DNA of 63,747 nucleotides, counting the filler. It is 13 parts of 13 records of this genome, joined end to end, with 100 filler letters (N's around TTAATTAATTAA, not from the genome) between each part and the next. Parts side by side here need not be neighbours in the genome. Positions count along the whole stretch, not along the records: positions 11,572 to 20,264 come from SRR7504441_8513; positions 20,365 to 23,818 come from SRR7504441_8518; 11 more parts are not named here. One strand, written 5' to 3'. Made by a program: the position numbers and the translations under genes. The notes below the pieces were generated by a model. The model was not told the origin of the DNA. It saw only the letters and a list, made by a program, of their open reading frames with translations, and did no database searches. Of the stretch, positions 11,572-20,425 are shown one piece after another. Numbering within the stretch: position 1 is the stretch's first letter; each line of letters starts with the position of its first letter.

Positions 11572-12276
11572 CAGTCGCAGTGCGAGCCCTGCGCAACAGG
11601 CACTATGTCCTTTCAAGGGCTTGCACAGTGCGAAGCGTGTGCTCCTGGGAAATTTGCGGATAGTTCTGGCTCTCACAGATGCGATCCGTGCGTTGTGGGC
11701 AAAGTGGCCGAGCATCCGGGTTCGAGCTCTTGTTCCCCATGCGGACAAGGCAAGGTTGCTGTAAGGCACGGCAAGGCGCAGCAAGTGGGATCCACGGCTT
11801 GCTCCAAATGTGCGGCCGGCAGAGTGCCATCTGGAGACGGGCTCGGCGAGTGTGTGGCCTGCACAGCTGGCACCTTCGCGGCTGTAGACGGTTCACATGA
11901 GTGCAGCCCTTGCCCAGCGGGCCGGTTTGCTAGGGATCGGGCATCCCGTGAGTGCAGCCCTTGTGATCAAGGCAAATATGCAGAGAATGGAGGTGAAGCT
12001 ACATGTGCAAAGTGCGACACAGGGCGCTTCGCTTCTGACCCCGGCTCGGCGACTTGTCATTTGTGCTTGCCTGGGACCATAGCTGCTTCTAAAGGAATGC
12101 CAAGCTGCATTGGTTGTGTTCCAGGCAAGGTTGTGCAGGAAGCTGGGGCGTCGGTATGCACAGAATGCGCCTTTGGGAAATACCAGAGCGAGGCGAATCA
12201 GGAGGAATGCGAGAGCTGCCTTGATTCTACGACAACCTTGTACACAGGTTCGACTTCCCGTGATTTGTGCATCTAA
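11572..12276 (+). CDS. C-terminal part of a cysteine-rich repeat protein (ephrin-receptor-like / GCC2-GCC3-type CxxCxxG repeats)
   Basis: Tandem ~17-aa CxxC-x-x-G-(K/R/T)-(F/Y)-A repeats ending TGSTSRDLC. Confidence 0.8.
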   Translation, partial: QSQCEPCATGTMSFQGLAQCEACAPGKFADSSGSHRCDPCVVGKVAEHPGSSSCSPCGQGKVAVRHGKAQQVGSTACSKCAAGRVPSGDGLGECVACTAGTFAAVDGSHECSPCPAGRFARDRASRECSPCDQGKYAENGGEATCAKCDTGRFASDPGSATCHLCLPGTIAASKGMPSCIGCVPGKVVQEAGASVCTECAFGKYQSEANQEECESCLDSTTTLYTGSTSRDLCI

Positions 12277-12553
12277 CCGACACAACACAACAAGAGTCTG
12301 GCATGATTCCAACCTAATCCTTGGATTCGCGGGCTTGTATAATGCTTGTACATTAGCACTCGTTGTTACCAACATAGAATTTATTACATTCATCAAATCG
12401 TGCGAGCCGTCCTTAAAATTACTTGGCTGACATTATTCCTCTATTATTCCTCTATTCTAACCACGGGTTATTCGTGAACGCTGGCCAAGTTGGTTCTCCA
12501 AGACTCAACGAGAGGACATGGGGGACATTGCTGGTTGAGTTCCTAGGTACCAG

Positions 12554-14713
12554 TCAACTGAACGGATCGATGAGTCTGATCAGATCCAACGGATGCTCCT
12601 CAGCCCACGCCCGCCATGTGCGCATCGAAATGCCTTCGGCCACCTCGTCCTCGGCTTCAGCGACACTCATCTCCTTGCCGATTGAAACCACCTGCACTAA
12701 TCCACACACCACAGCGTCGACCATAGCTGCAAGTAAGTCGGACTCGTCTTCGGGTTTGCCGTCCAGCCAGTTCAGGATCTCGGCACAATCGGCGCTTGCC
12801 AGCTGCCCACTCTTGACCAAACATTGCAGCAGCATTGCACAAAAGTCCCTGTAGCTCTCAAGGAAACGCCTGATCTCTTTGCTTGAGACTCGGCCAGTGT
12901 GCTGCTGGTCAATTGCAATGAACGATAGCATTGCTCGGCTCTGCAGATCGCCGATTCGGATGAGGCTTAGCGCGGCGCTAATCAGTCCAAACCTGTAGGG
13001 CACAGTGACCCCTCGCTGCTGGAGTGTCTTGAGTGCTTTGTGAGCCATGTCAGCTGACGCCCCGGCTGCAGGGTCCTTGTACAAAGCCTCTACGTCCACC
13101 TGGACTGCGCTGAAGATTTCGAGCAACGCCCGCGGATCCGGCTCGCTGGCTATTCTGGAAGCCCACTGGTGGATGATGCTGGTAACAGCACTGAGCTCTA
13201 CCTCGTGACTAGCCTGGACTGCCGCTGTACTCACAGGCTGGGCGCCTGGGAGCCACGCCAGCAGCTCCGGTCGGTTGAGCATGGCCAGGTCGCGCATCTG
13301 GCCTGGGTGGTCCTGGACCCACTGACTCCACCGGGTCCCGTCCACCGGATGCCCGTCTGGACTGAGTGAAGCCCAAAGCTCCGCAGCCTCCTCGACCGAG
13401 CCATCCAGCGAACTCGGCTGCAAGCTTTTCTCAAACTCGCGAGCCAGCTGGTGGTACGGCGCGGCCTGGCTAGTGGGCAGCTCCCGGTTGAAAAAGGAGA
13501 TCTCAAACAGCATCCCGCCAATCAATTTGAGACCGTAAAACCGGAAATTCCGAACAAACTCTGTCACGTCGTGCTGTGAAATCATCCCGTCGCCATCGGT
13601 ATCCATCGACGAAAACAGCAGCGAGATCAGTGCCTGCAGGTCTGCCCGAGACTGGGGGTAGTCCGCGCTGAGCGCAGACACGATGGTCGCCCAATGCCAA
13701 GGCTCAATTACCAGTGTCGTCGTGTCTATTGGCAGAACCGCCGCACTGAGAGTAATAAGCTTAGAAACTCCCTTGGGGTCAGGCAGGGCTTCGTACAGCC
13801 GATTCTTAATCGCACGGATCCCGACACTTCGTTGGAAGTGGGCCGCGCGTGCTTTGAACGAGCAGAGTAGCGGCTGGAGCCCCGGCTGTGAGACTGGCCA
13901 GCAATGGCGCGCAATGAGCTCGAGCTGGGTCTTATACAGCTGCGGGAACCTCTGTCCTGGCCGTACCAGCTCATTGATCACGTCCCATCCCTCCGGGGTC
14001 CCCCCGTACAGCTTTAAGTCGTAAATCTGGACTGAGCTAGGGAGCGGTGCGCCAGGCTCGCACCCTAGCAGCCTCGCCACACCAGACACCAACCGGTGCA
14101 CCCGCCCGGCCCGCTCATCAGGGTCCATCCCGAGCCCGTGCTCGGCCAGCCAGCCGGCCATCCCGCCCAGCGGCCCTGGTTCGTCCACCTCGAGCACCTG
14201 GCGTGCCGCCCGGTCCGGGACCAGTCTGAGCCCCGCCGCGGCCAGCGCCCCGAAGGCTTGGTTGTGCAGGTCCACCCAGCGGTGCAGCTCGCCCACCGCT
14301 ATCTCCTCGGCGGTAGCGGGGACCGATTGCTCGATGGCTATCAGCGTGCAGAGTGACCGCTGGGCTCGATCTGCCCACCTCTCGGTGGAAAGCGCCAGCA
14401 GCCCGGCAGCGAAGCCGTGGATCGAGAGGGTCCCGTCGGCGGCACCGGTGGCCTGGGCGATGGCCTCGGCCAGGGCCTGGCAGCTCGCCCCGGACGGGTC
14501 GAGCCCGGTGGCGGCAGCGGCGTCCTCGAGCAGTTGACCCGCCCCCTGGACGCTCATCTCGATGGGCGGCCCGGCGTCTGGCGGGCAGTTGCGGTAGACC
14601 GAGAGGAGCAGGTCGCATCCGGTCGACTCGAACCCGGCGTGGCTCTGGAGATCCCGGATCAGAGGCAGCGCAGCCTCGGCAGCCTGATGAGGGACACCCC
14701 GGGGGCTGGCCAT
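12554..14713 (-). CDS. EF-hand protein with two degenerate calcium-sensor-like modules (~719 aa)
   Basis: LFSSMDTDGDGMISQHDV and FIAIDQQHTGRVSSKEI loops, followed by WSQWVQDHP and WRAWAEEHP respectively; likely start MASPRG at 14713; intronless. Confidence 0.65.
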   Translation of the reverse strand: MASPRGVPHQAAEAALPLIRDLQSHAGFESTGCDLLLSVYRNCPPDAGPPIEMSVQGAGQLLEDAAAATGLDPSGASCQALAEAIAQATGAADGTLSIHGFAAGLLALSTERWADRAQRSLCTLIAIEQSVPATAEEIAVGELHRWVDLHNQAFGALAAAGLRLVPDRAARQVLEVDEPGPLGGMAGWLAEHGLGMDPDERAGRVHRLVSGVARLLGCEPGAPLPSSVQIYDLKLYGGTPEGWDVINELVRPGQRFPQLYKTQLELIARHCWPVSQPGLQPLLCSFKARAAHFQRSVGIRAIKNRLYEALPDPKGVSKLITLSAAVLPIDTTTLVIEPWHWATIVSALSADYPQSRADLQALISLLFSSMDTDGDGMISQHDVTEFVRNFRFYGLKLIGGMLFEISFFNRELPTSQAAPYHQLAREFEKSLQPSSLDGSVEEAAELWASLSPDGHPVDGTRWSQWVQDHPGQMRDLAMLNRPELLAWLPGAQPVSTAAVQASHEVELSAVTSIIHQWASRIASEPDPRALLEIFSAVQVDVEALYKDPAAGASADMAHKALKTLQQRGVTVPYRFGLISAALSLIRIGDLQSRAMLSFIAIDQQHTGRVSSKEIRRFLESYRDFCAMLLQCLVKSGQLASADCAEILNWLDGKPEDESDLLAAMVDAVVCGLVQVVSIGKEMSVAEAEDEVAEGISMRTWRAWAEEHPLDLIRLIDPFS

Positions 14714-14786
14714 CCCGAGTGCGCCGTGTATAACGGACAACTGCAGCTGGCCGAGAGGCGCCTCAAGCTCCCGCGTCGACAACTGA

Positions 14787-16094
14787 ATGGCTTGGGGGAG
14801 TGCTGCTCGGGTGCTGCTCCTCTCCGGGTGGGCCGTGCGCTGCTTGGGCTGTCTCTCGTCGCTGGATTGTTCGCTCAACGGGGCGTGCGTCGACGCCACC
14901 TGCCAGTGCGAGCCGGCCTGGACTGGAGCCCAATGCGAAGTGCTCAACCAACTACCTGCCCCGCCCGCAGCCGAGATCAAGCTGCCCGGGGTCTCTACCT
15001 GGGGCGGTGGCCCGCTGCAGCGGTCGGTGGCCGGCGAGTTCCACCTTTGGGCCTCCGAGATCGCCGGTAACTGCGGCATCACCACCTGGATGACCAATTC
15101 GCTCGTGAGTCACTTCACAGCCCCAGCCCCGACCGGCCCATGGCGCAGGCGGGACCAGGCTCTCCCAGTGTGGTCGCACTGCCCGTCTGCCGCCCTCACG
15201 CCCAACGGCGCAGTGGTGATGTGGGCGTTTCACGGCTCCCGGGCGCCCCGAAGCGGGCCGGATGCCTGGGGCAACCGCTGCCAGGCTGGCGCCTCCCCGT
15301 GTGGCTTCGCCAAACACGGCTGCGGACCGGACGCGCCCCCGCCGCCTCGGATTCACCAGCAGCTGCGTGCACGATCTGCTGAGCTGCCGGTGTGGGTAGC
15401 CGCTGGCCCCGGTGGTGGATGGAAGCAGCAGATTCTGCCAATCGAGGAGCCTGTGACGTACTCGATTGCAGCCCCTTGGGTGCTTGATAACGGCACGGCG
15501 TTCTGGGTGCTCCAGGCCGAGTGCCCGGCTGATTTCTGCCCCGGTGGAGCCTGTCAGGGCACGTGCGGTACTGTGATTCGCGGCGAGACGTGGGAAGGGC
15601 CCTACAGAGTGGTTGCACGGGGTGCCTGCTCACTAGGCGAGGATCACTCGATGTACGTAGATGGCTCAGGAGGCTTCCACTGCCTGACGCACCGCTTCTC
15701 GAATGCATCGCTGCCGGCTGGGCCGTTTGACGCGGCGAGAAACGGCGGGCATGCCTTCTCTCCGGACGGGCGAGACCCGTGGTTTTGTGTGGATGGTAAT
15801 GGTGGACATGGTCGGTGTACACTAGACTCGCCAATAGCATACAACTCTACAGTGGTCTACCAGGAGAGCGGGGTGAACAGGTTTGGGACGAGAGAGCGCC
15901 CTCACATGCTGTTCGACAAAGGCAAGCCAGTGGCGTTAATCACTTCTGTTCAGCATTGCCAGCCACCTCAGGTGCCGGATGCTTGCACGGCCGATCCTCG
16001 GAGCTGTAATCAATCGAACCTGCTTTGCCACAACAATTGGCCTGGGTACATGGATCGTTCGTGGACCTCCATCGTCCCGTTGGGCACTAGGTAG
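14787..16094 (+). CDS. Secreted EGF-like + putative beta-propeller (GH43-like clan) protein
   Basis: Signal peptide; CSLNGACVDATCQCEPAWTGAQC; STWGG, FHLWASE, PTGPW, GEDHSMY and RERPH motifs. Confidence 0.65.
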   Translation: MAWGSAARVLLLSGWAVRCLGCLSSLDCSLNGACVDATCQCEPAWTGAQCEVLNQLPAPPAAEIKLPGVSTWGGGPLQRSVAGEFHLWASEIAGNCGITTWMTNSLVSHFTAPAPTGPWRRRDQALPVWSHCPSAALTPNGAVVMWAFHGSRAPRSGPDAWGNRCQAGASPCGFAKHGCGPDAPPPPRIHQQLRARSAELPVWVAAGPGGGWKQQILPIEEPVTYSIAAPWVLDNGTAFWVLQAECPADFCPGGACQGTCGTVIRGETWEGPYRVVARGACSLGEDHSMYVDGSGGFHCLTHRFSNASLPAGPFDAARNGGHAFSPDGRDPWFCVDGNGGHGRCTLDSPIAYNSTVVYQESGVNRFGTRERPHMLFDKGKPVALITSVQHCQPPQVPDACTADPRSCNQSNLLCHNNWPGYMDRSWTSIVPLGTR

Positions 16095-16448
16095 TCCAAG
16101 CAGTATCACTAAGTGTATCCAAGCGAATGCGAGCGGTTTAGTGCCCCTATTCGGTGAGCCGCATATTACGTATAACGTACTTAATAGTACACGAGAAATT
16201 AGAATGATGTCGGTAATGAGAGTTTTTCATTCTACTACATGACAGTTGTATGTATACAATCATGTAGATCTAGAACATATCTATAGCCAGAACCGCCATT
16301 ATTATATATAAGAGGTTCTGTATACGTACTCGTATTCATCCATACATGTCGTTGGAATTCCAGTACATGTACTTTGTCCACCCTTCCGGCTCCGCACCAG
16401 ATGGTGGGCGGACAACAAGGCGCCACCGGACCACGAAGTGGGACACGG

Positions 16449-19400
16449 CTAACACCATTTTTTGCGTTTCGAGGCGTCATCGTAGGTAGCCTGCCAACAG
16501 TAGATATTGTTGTACGGTTTCTCGTAATTCTTGCAAGCTTGGTTGCATGGGCTTGCCCACCCGCAACCCTGGGCAGCATTTGGATTGGGGCAGCCACCTC
16601 CAATCCAATTTGGGCATCTATATCCCCAGGGCAGATGGTTGTCGGTGGCGTTACACATGTAGGTGCCAGGGTTCGTATCTTTCCCACTGCATGGGTTGTA
16701 ATCGTAGTACTTGTTGTTGGGCGCTATTGTGCCCGCTTGATTTGGCCCGACAGGATGGCATTGGCCGCTTTGGGCCTTGGCAGCCTCTTGAACGTCCTTG
16801 ATGAATATTGAGTACCCATTTGCCGCATTGGCAATCCAGTTGCCGCATTGGTAACTCTTGAGGTAGCAAGTGGAGTATGTGTCGCTGCCTTGCCATGTCC
16901 CAAAAAACAGACTCCCATACGAACAAGTCATCAGCTGCTGGCACGCCTTCTGGCACGCCGCCATCGCAGAAGCTCTGTCAGAGTAGAGGCCAGGTCCGTC
17001 AAAGGCACTCAGGGCTCCGTTGCCGATGTTGCCATACGGGCAGCTGTAACCTGATACCCACAGGTCTTGAGTCGCTTTCCCGGTCTGCCAAACTTCACAC
17101 AGCTTGCTGGAGCTGTCCGTGTAGCAGCAGCCGCCGTTTGGCTGGGTGGTGTCCCCGTAGGTTGCATCTTTGTTGTAGTTGAGTGCCGCGGCGTCAACGC
17201 AGCCGGTCACTTTCGTCCTCTTGAAAATAGCAGCCGAGATTGATGTGCCGGGCGCGGGGTTGAACGGGTTGTCCAAGTATCCCTTCTTCCCCCCAGTGCC
17301 ATGAGCTGGGCAGTCGTCGAACATGATGGTGCAGACAGCATAGGTGCCCGACTCAAGTGGTTGTGTTCCGCCGGACGAACCTGTGCCATAAGGGTCGTAG
17401 GACGTCATCTGGCCGTAAAAGAAGTTGGCATGGTTGCATGGACGGAATGGTTTGCCATCTTTCAGGAATGGCTTTTCCTCGCAATACTTCTGGCACAGGC
17501 ACTCGGCCTCGTTGCGGCTCGCAACGCCCAGTTCCTCTATTGTCATTGGCTTGCCATCAGAATGCGTAAATACGTTTGATGCGTACTGCGCACGAGGCTT
17601 GCCCACATTCAACCCTACATCTTGAATGTAGGGACAGCTGTAGCCATCGTCCCATCCCCCTTGGTGTATCCACTTCCTGTATGTTGGTGCCCAGTATGTT
17701 GGATTTTCGTAGAAAGTTCTTGGAATACCGACCAGCTCTGTGTTAGCTGGGCAATCGGACAGCCTGGTGGGAGGAGGTGTTGTCGGCGCACCAGTTGGGT
17801 TTTGGGTTGGCGCTCCTGTAGGGCTGTTTGTTGCCTTTGTGGGTGCGTTTGTCGGAGACGTGGTTGGGCCTTCTCCAACATACTCAAGCTTCCAGAGTGT
17901 CACGTCGTCTCCTGGCCGAGCGACCACATAAGCTGAGACGCTGTTCCGCTCGCGATAAGCAGTCAGGCCCCAGCTCTGCTTGTCAGCTGTCTTGATAGCG
18001 TATATGCCCGTCTTGTCGCCTACCTCTGTAATTGTCCAATCCGATTGCCAGCCCTTGGTCCCTGAACGCGCTGCGACCCACGAGAAAGGGTCAGAAGTAG
18101 TCGACATCGCAGCCAGGGAAAATCCGGAAGGCATGTACCCTCCAGCTGGACCTTGGTGTGTGGTCTTGATTGTATAGGTCCCGTCTGTCGTGGTTGATGG
18201 CTGAATGTTCCACTCCATGGCCCAAAAGAGGTCCTTGTGCACGGTGACCCATTCTGAGGGCTTGTTTTTTTCTCCAAAGCCTGAAAGCAACGCCGAGAGC
18301 CCCCATTCTTTTTGAGCGTCTGAGCCATCCTTGTCAGACTTTGGACCCTTCGCAATCGTGAGCTTGTAATTCCCCGATTTCATCATTCGTTGCCCATCGC
18401 TCGTATAATGCTCTCCGATGCTTGCAGGATTACACGAGAGCTCGTTGGAAGTCCAAACATGCGGCGAGGACCACTCGTAGAAGGTGACCTCGCCCCAACG
18501 CTTCCATTCACGTTCAATTTTCCACTTCCAGAAGCAAATCCAGCAGCCTTTGACCTTGATTTTGATTTTCTTGATCCTGTCCACGAAGCCATAGATTCTG
18601 CCGCCGAGCGTCTCTGCCTTGAGGTACACCCCGCTGCAGCTGCCGCCCTGCTGTTCCTCCGAGGTGGCTGGGAATTTCTCCGAGGTGGCTGGGAGCGAGA
18701 ACTTGGCCACGATAACATTGATACCCACTCCACCTTTCACCAGCGCGAGATCGAGTGATAGTTCTCCCGTGAGAGTGGCTTGTGCATACGGTATAGCAAA
18801 GACAATGTAGCCAGTCTGGCACATCTCGTCAGGATTGCCTACGTTTGGATCCCCCAGATTGCCGTAGCCGGTCTTAATGCCAATCTCGCCTTCCATTTTG
18901 ATCAGCCCGTGGATTGGTACGCCACCAACCTTGAAGGTCTTCTCTTTCTCGAAAAAGGTCCAGTCAAACGAGATTTCAATGACCAGATCGGAAGCATCCA
19001 CATTCATTTGACACTTTCCTTGCTGATCGCCAGCCTGGCTGAACTGTGCGGGATTCGGATGTCTATCCCCAATTCTGTCGGATGGCCAGACGATGATTCC
19101 AAGAACCGAGACATACTTTTGGAACTTTTTACATTCTTTCTGTTGTTCGTAGTTCCCCTTGCACTTTCCAAAGCACTTTTCCCCACCAGCTTGAACCAAC
19201 GAAACAGTCCATGTCCAGGCTTTACCATCAACCCCAGCATATCCGTGAAGGCAATATTTGTCATCTTTTTTCTTAATCTCTACACCGACTTTAACTTCAG
19301 CTCGAATATCGCCAGTGCCAATTGGCCACACCTTTTCTCGTGTAATGCCAAAGTTTGAGCCCGACATCGTCTCAGCTGATTCTAGTTCTATCAGCTCCTC

Positions 19401-20264
19401 GACATCGTTCTTAGCCTGCAAAGCCTGCTGTTGGGCGGTGACCCGACGCTTGTCGCCTCGCACAAGGTGCTCCCCAGTGAGCGCTCTGGTCGCCTCTTTC
19501 TGGATCAGAGCTTCCAAATCAGATACAGCGGCGGGCCTTGCGAGCTTCGACAAGTGGTGCAGCGCTGGTCCCGTCCACAGCTTACCCAGTGTCTTGATTG
19601 CGTGCAGCCGAAGGTCTGGAGACAGTGCCTCGTGACTAGCAACAGCAGCGATAGAGGCTGTGTCGTCTGGGTGTTGCGAGTTTGAGTTCCCGATAGCAGC
19701 CAACCAAAGGAGAGCGGCATCTTCGTCGCCATCCGCGACAGCGTGTGACAAGCGCTTGCGAGACATCTGAAGCAGCTCCTGGAATTGGTCTGCACTGGTG
19801 TACTCGCCATTGGCACAGTGCTCGGAATGTCCCATAAGCCCATGCTGCACGTGAAGCGCCATCTTCTCTACCGTGGAGATCGGGTCTTGAGCCAGGCGCT
19901 GCAGGGCTTGGATCACTGGCTTGTGGTCGTAGCATTTGGCTTGAATAAGTGCCATCAGTGCCTGCTGCCTGGCTCTCGGATACATAGCATGGCTGTTCGC
20001 GAGGTCGACCAACTGCATCATGGCCTCTGGCTGCCTTGTCCCAACCCGTCCAATCGTATGCATCAGTGACTGCACAGCGCGGCTGTTCTGTATTCCATTG
20101 TTCGCCATCTCGGACACCACACGGCTCCTAATCTGGGGCACGCCCAATGTCTTCTCAAGCTCTTGCCTCACCTTGCTCTGGGTAAATTCGGAAGCCGGGG
20201 CCTTCTCAAGAAACTCAAGGAAGTCCGGCATGCCTTCGTCAACGTCCTCCGGCTTGTTGGGTTC
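16449..20264 (-). CDS. Large modular extracellular protein: vitellogenin/LLTP-like helical and beta region, beta-trefoil-like region, PT repeats, PAN/apple-like and Cys-rich domains; 5'-truncated
   Basis: Intronless frame of >1260 aa; LMHTIGRVGT, LAAIGN, LRLHAIKTLGKL; PTTSPTNAPTKATNSPT; CQKYC..CNHANF and CQKAC..CSYGSL; GCVDAAALNYNKDA motif. Confidence 0.7.
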   Translation of the reverse strand, partial: EPNKPEDVDEGMPDFLEFLEKAPASEFTQSKVRQELEKTLGVPQIRSRVVSEMANNGIQNSRAVQSLMHTIGRVGTRQPEAMMQLVDLANSHAMYPRARQQALMALIQAKCYDHKPVIQALQRLAQDPISTVEKMALHVQHGLMGHSEHCANGEYTSADQFQELLQMSRKRLSHAVADGDEDAALLWLAAIGNSNSQHPDDTASIAAVASHEALSPDLRLHAIKTLGKLWTGPALHHLSKLARPAAVSDLEALIQKEATRALTGEHLVRGDKRRVTAQQQALQAKNDVEELIELESAETMSGSNFGITREKVWPIGTGDIRAEVKVGVEIKKKDDKYCLHGYAGVDGKAWTWTVSLVQAGGEKCFGKCKGNYEQQKECKKFQKYVSVLGIIVWPSDRIGDRHPNPAQFSQAGDQQGKCQMNVDASDLVIEISFDWTFFEKEKTFKVGGVPIHGLIKMEGEIGIKTGYGNLGDPNVGNPDEMCQTGYIVFAIPYAQATLTGELSLDLALVKGGVGINVIVAKFSLPATSEKFPATSEEQQGGSCSGVYLKAETLGGRIYGFVDRIKKIKIKVKGCWICFWKWKIEREWKRWGEVTFYEWSSPHVWTSNELSCNPASIGEHYTSDGQRMMKSGNYKLTIAKGPKSDKDGSDAQKEWGLSALLSGFGEKNKPSEWVTVHKDLFWAMEWNIQPSTTTDGTYTIKTTHQGPAGGYMPSGFSLAAMSTTSDPFSWVAARSGTKGWQSDWTITEVGDKTGIYAIKTADKQSWGLTAYRERNSVSAYVVARPGDDVTLWKLEYVGEGPTTSPTNAPTKATNSPTGAPTQNPTGAPTTPPPTRLSDCPANTELVGIPRTFYENPTYWAPTYRKWIHQGGWDDGYSCPYIQDVGLNVGKPRAQYASNVFTHSDGKPMTIEELGVASRNEAECLCQKYCEEKPFLKDGKPFRPCNHANFFYGQMTSYDPYGTGSSGGTQPLESGTYAVCTIMFDDCPAHGTGGKKGYLDNPFNPAPGTSISAAIFKRTKVTGCVDAAALNYNKDATYGDTTQPNGGCCYTDSSSKLCEVWQTGKATQDLWVSGYSCPYGNIGNGALSAFDGPGLYSDRASAMAACQKACQQLMTCSYGSLFFGTWQGSDTYSTCYLKSYQCGNWIANAANGYSIFIKDVQEAAKAQSGQCHPVGPNQAGTIAPNNKYYDYNPCSGKDTNPGTYMCNATDNHLPWGYRCPNWIGGGCPNPNAAQGCGWASPCNQACKNYEKPYNNIYCWQATYDDASKRKKWC

Positions 20265-20364
20265 NNNNNNNNNNNNNNNNNNNNNNNNNNNNNNNNNNNN
20301 NNNNNNNNTTAATTAATTAANNNNNNNNNNNNNNNNNNNNNNNNNNNNNNNNNNNNNNNNNNNN

Positions 20365-20375
20365 TCTTCCGATCT
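20365..20375 (+). other. Illumina adapter remnant at a contig start
   Basis: The contig begins TCTTCCGATCT, the 3' end of the TruSeq adapter (...GCTCTTCCGATCT). Confidence 0.8.
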
Positions 20376-20425
20376 AACATTAATTAATTAAGACCACCGT
20401 TCGTTTTTATATAATAATGAATACG

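Noticed and set aside
14714-15097. N-terminal extension of the 847-aa ORF
   Set aside because: It is antisense to the signal peptide and EGF region of the 14787 gene; ATG 14713 fits the head-to-head pattern better.
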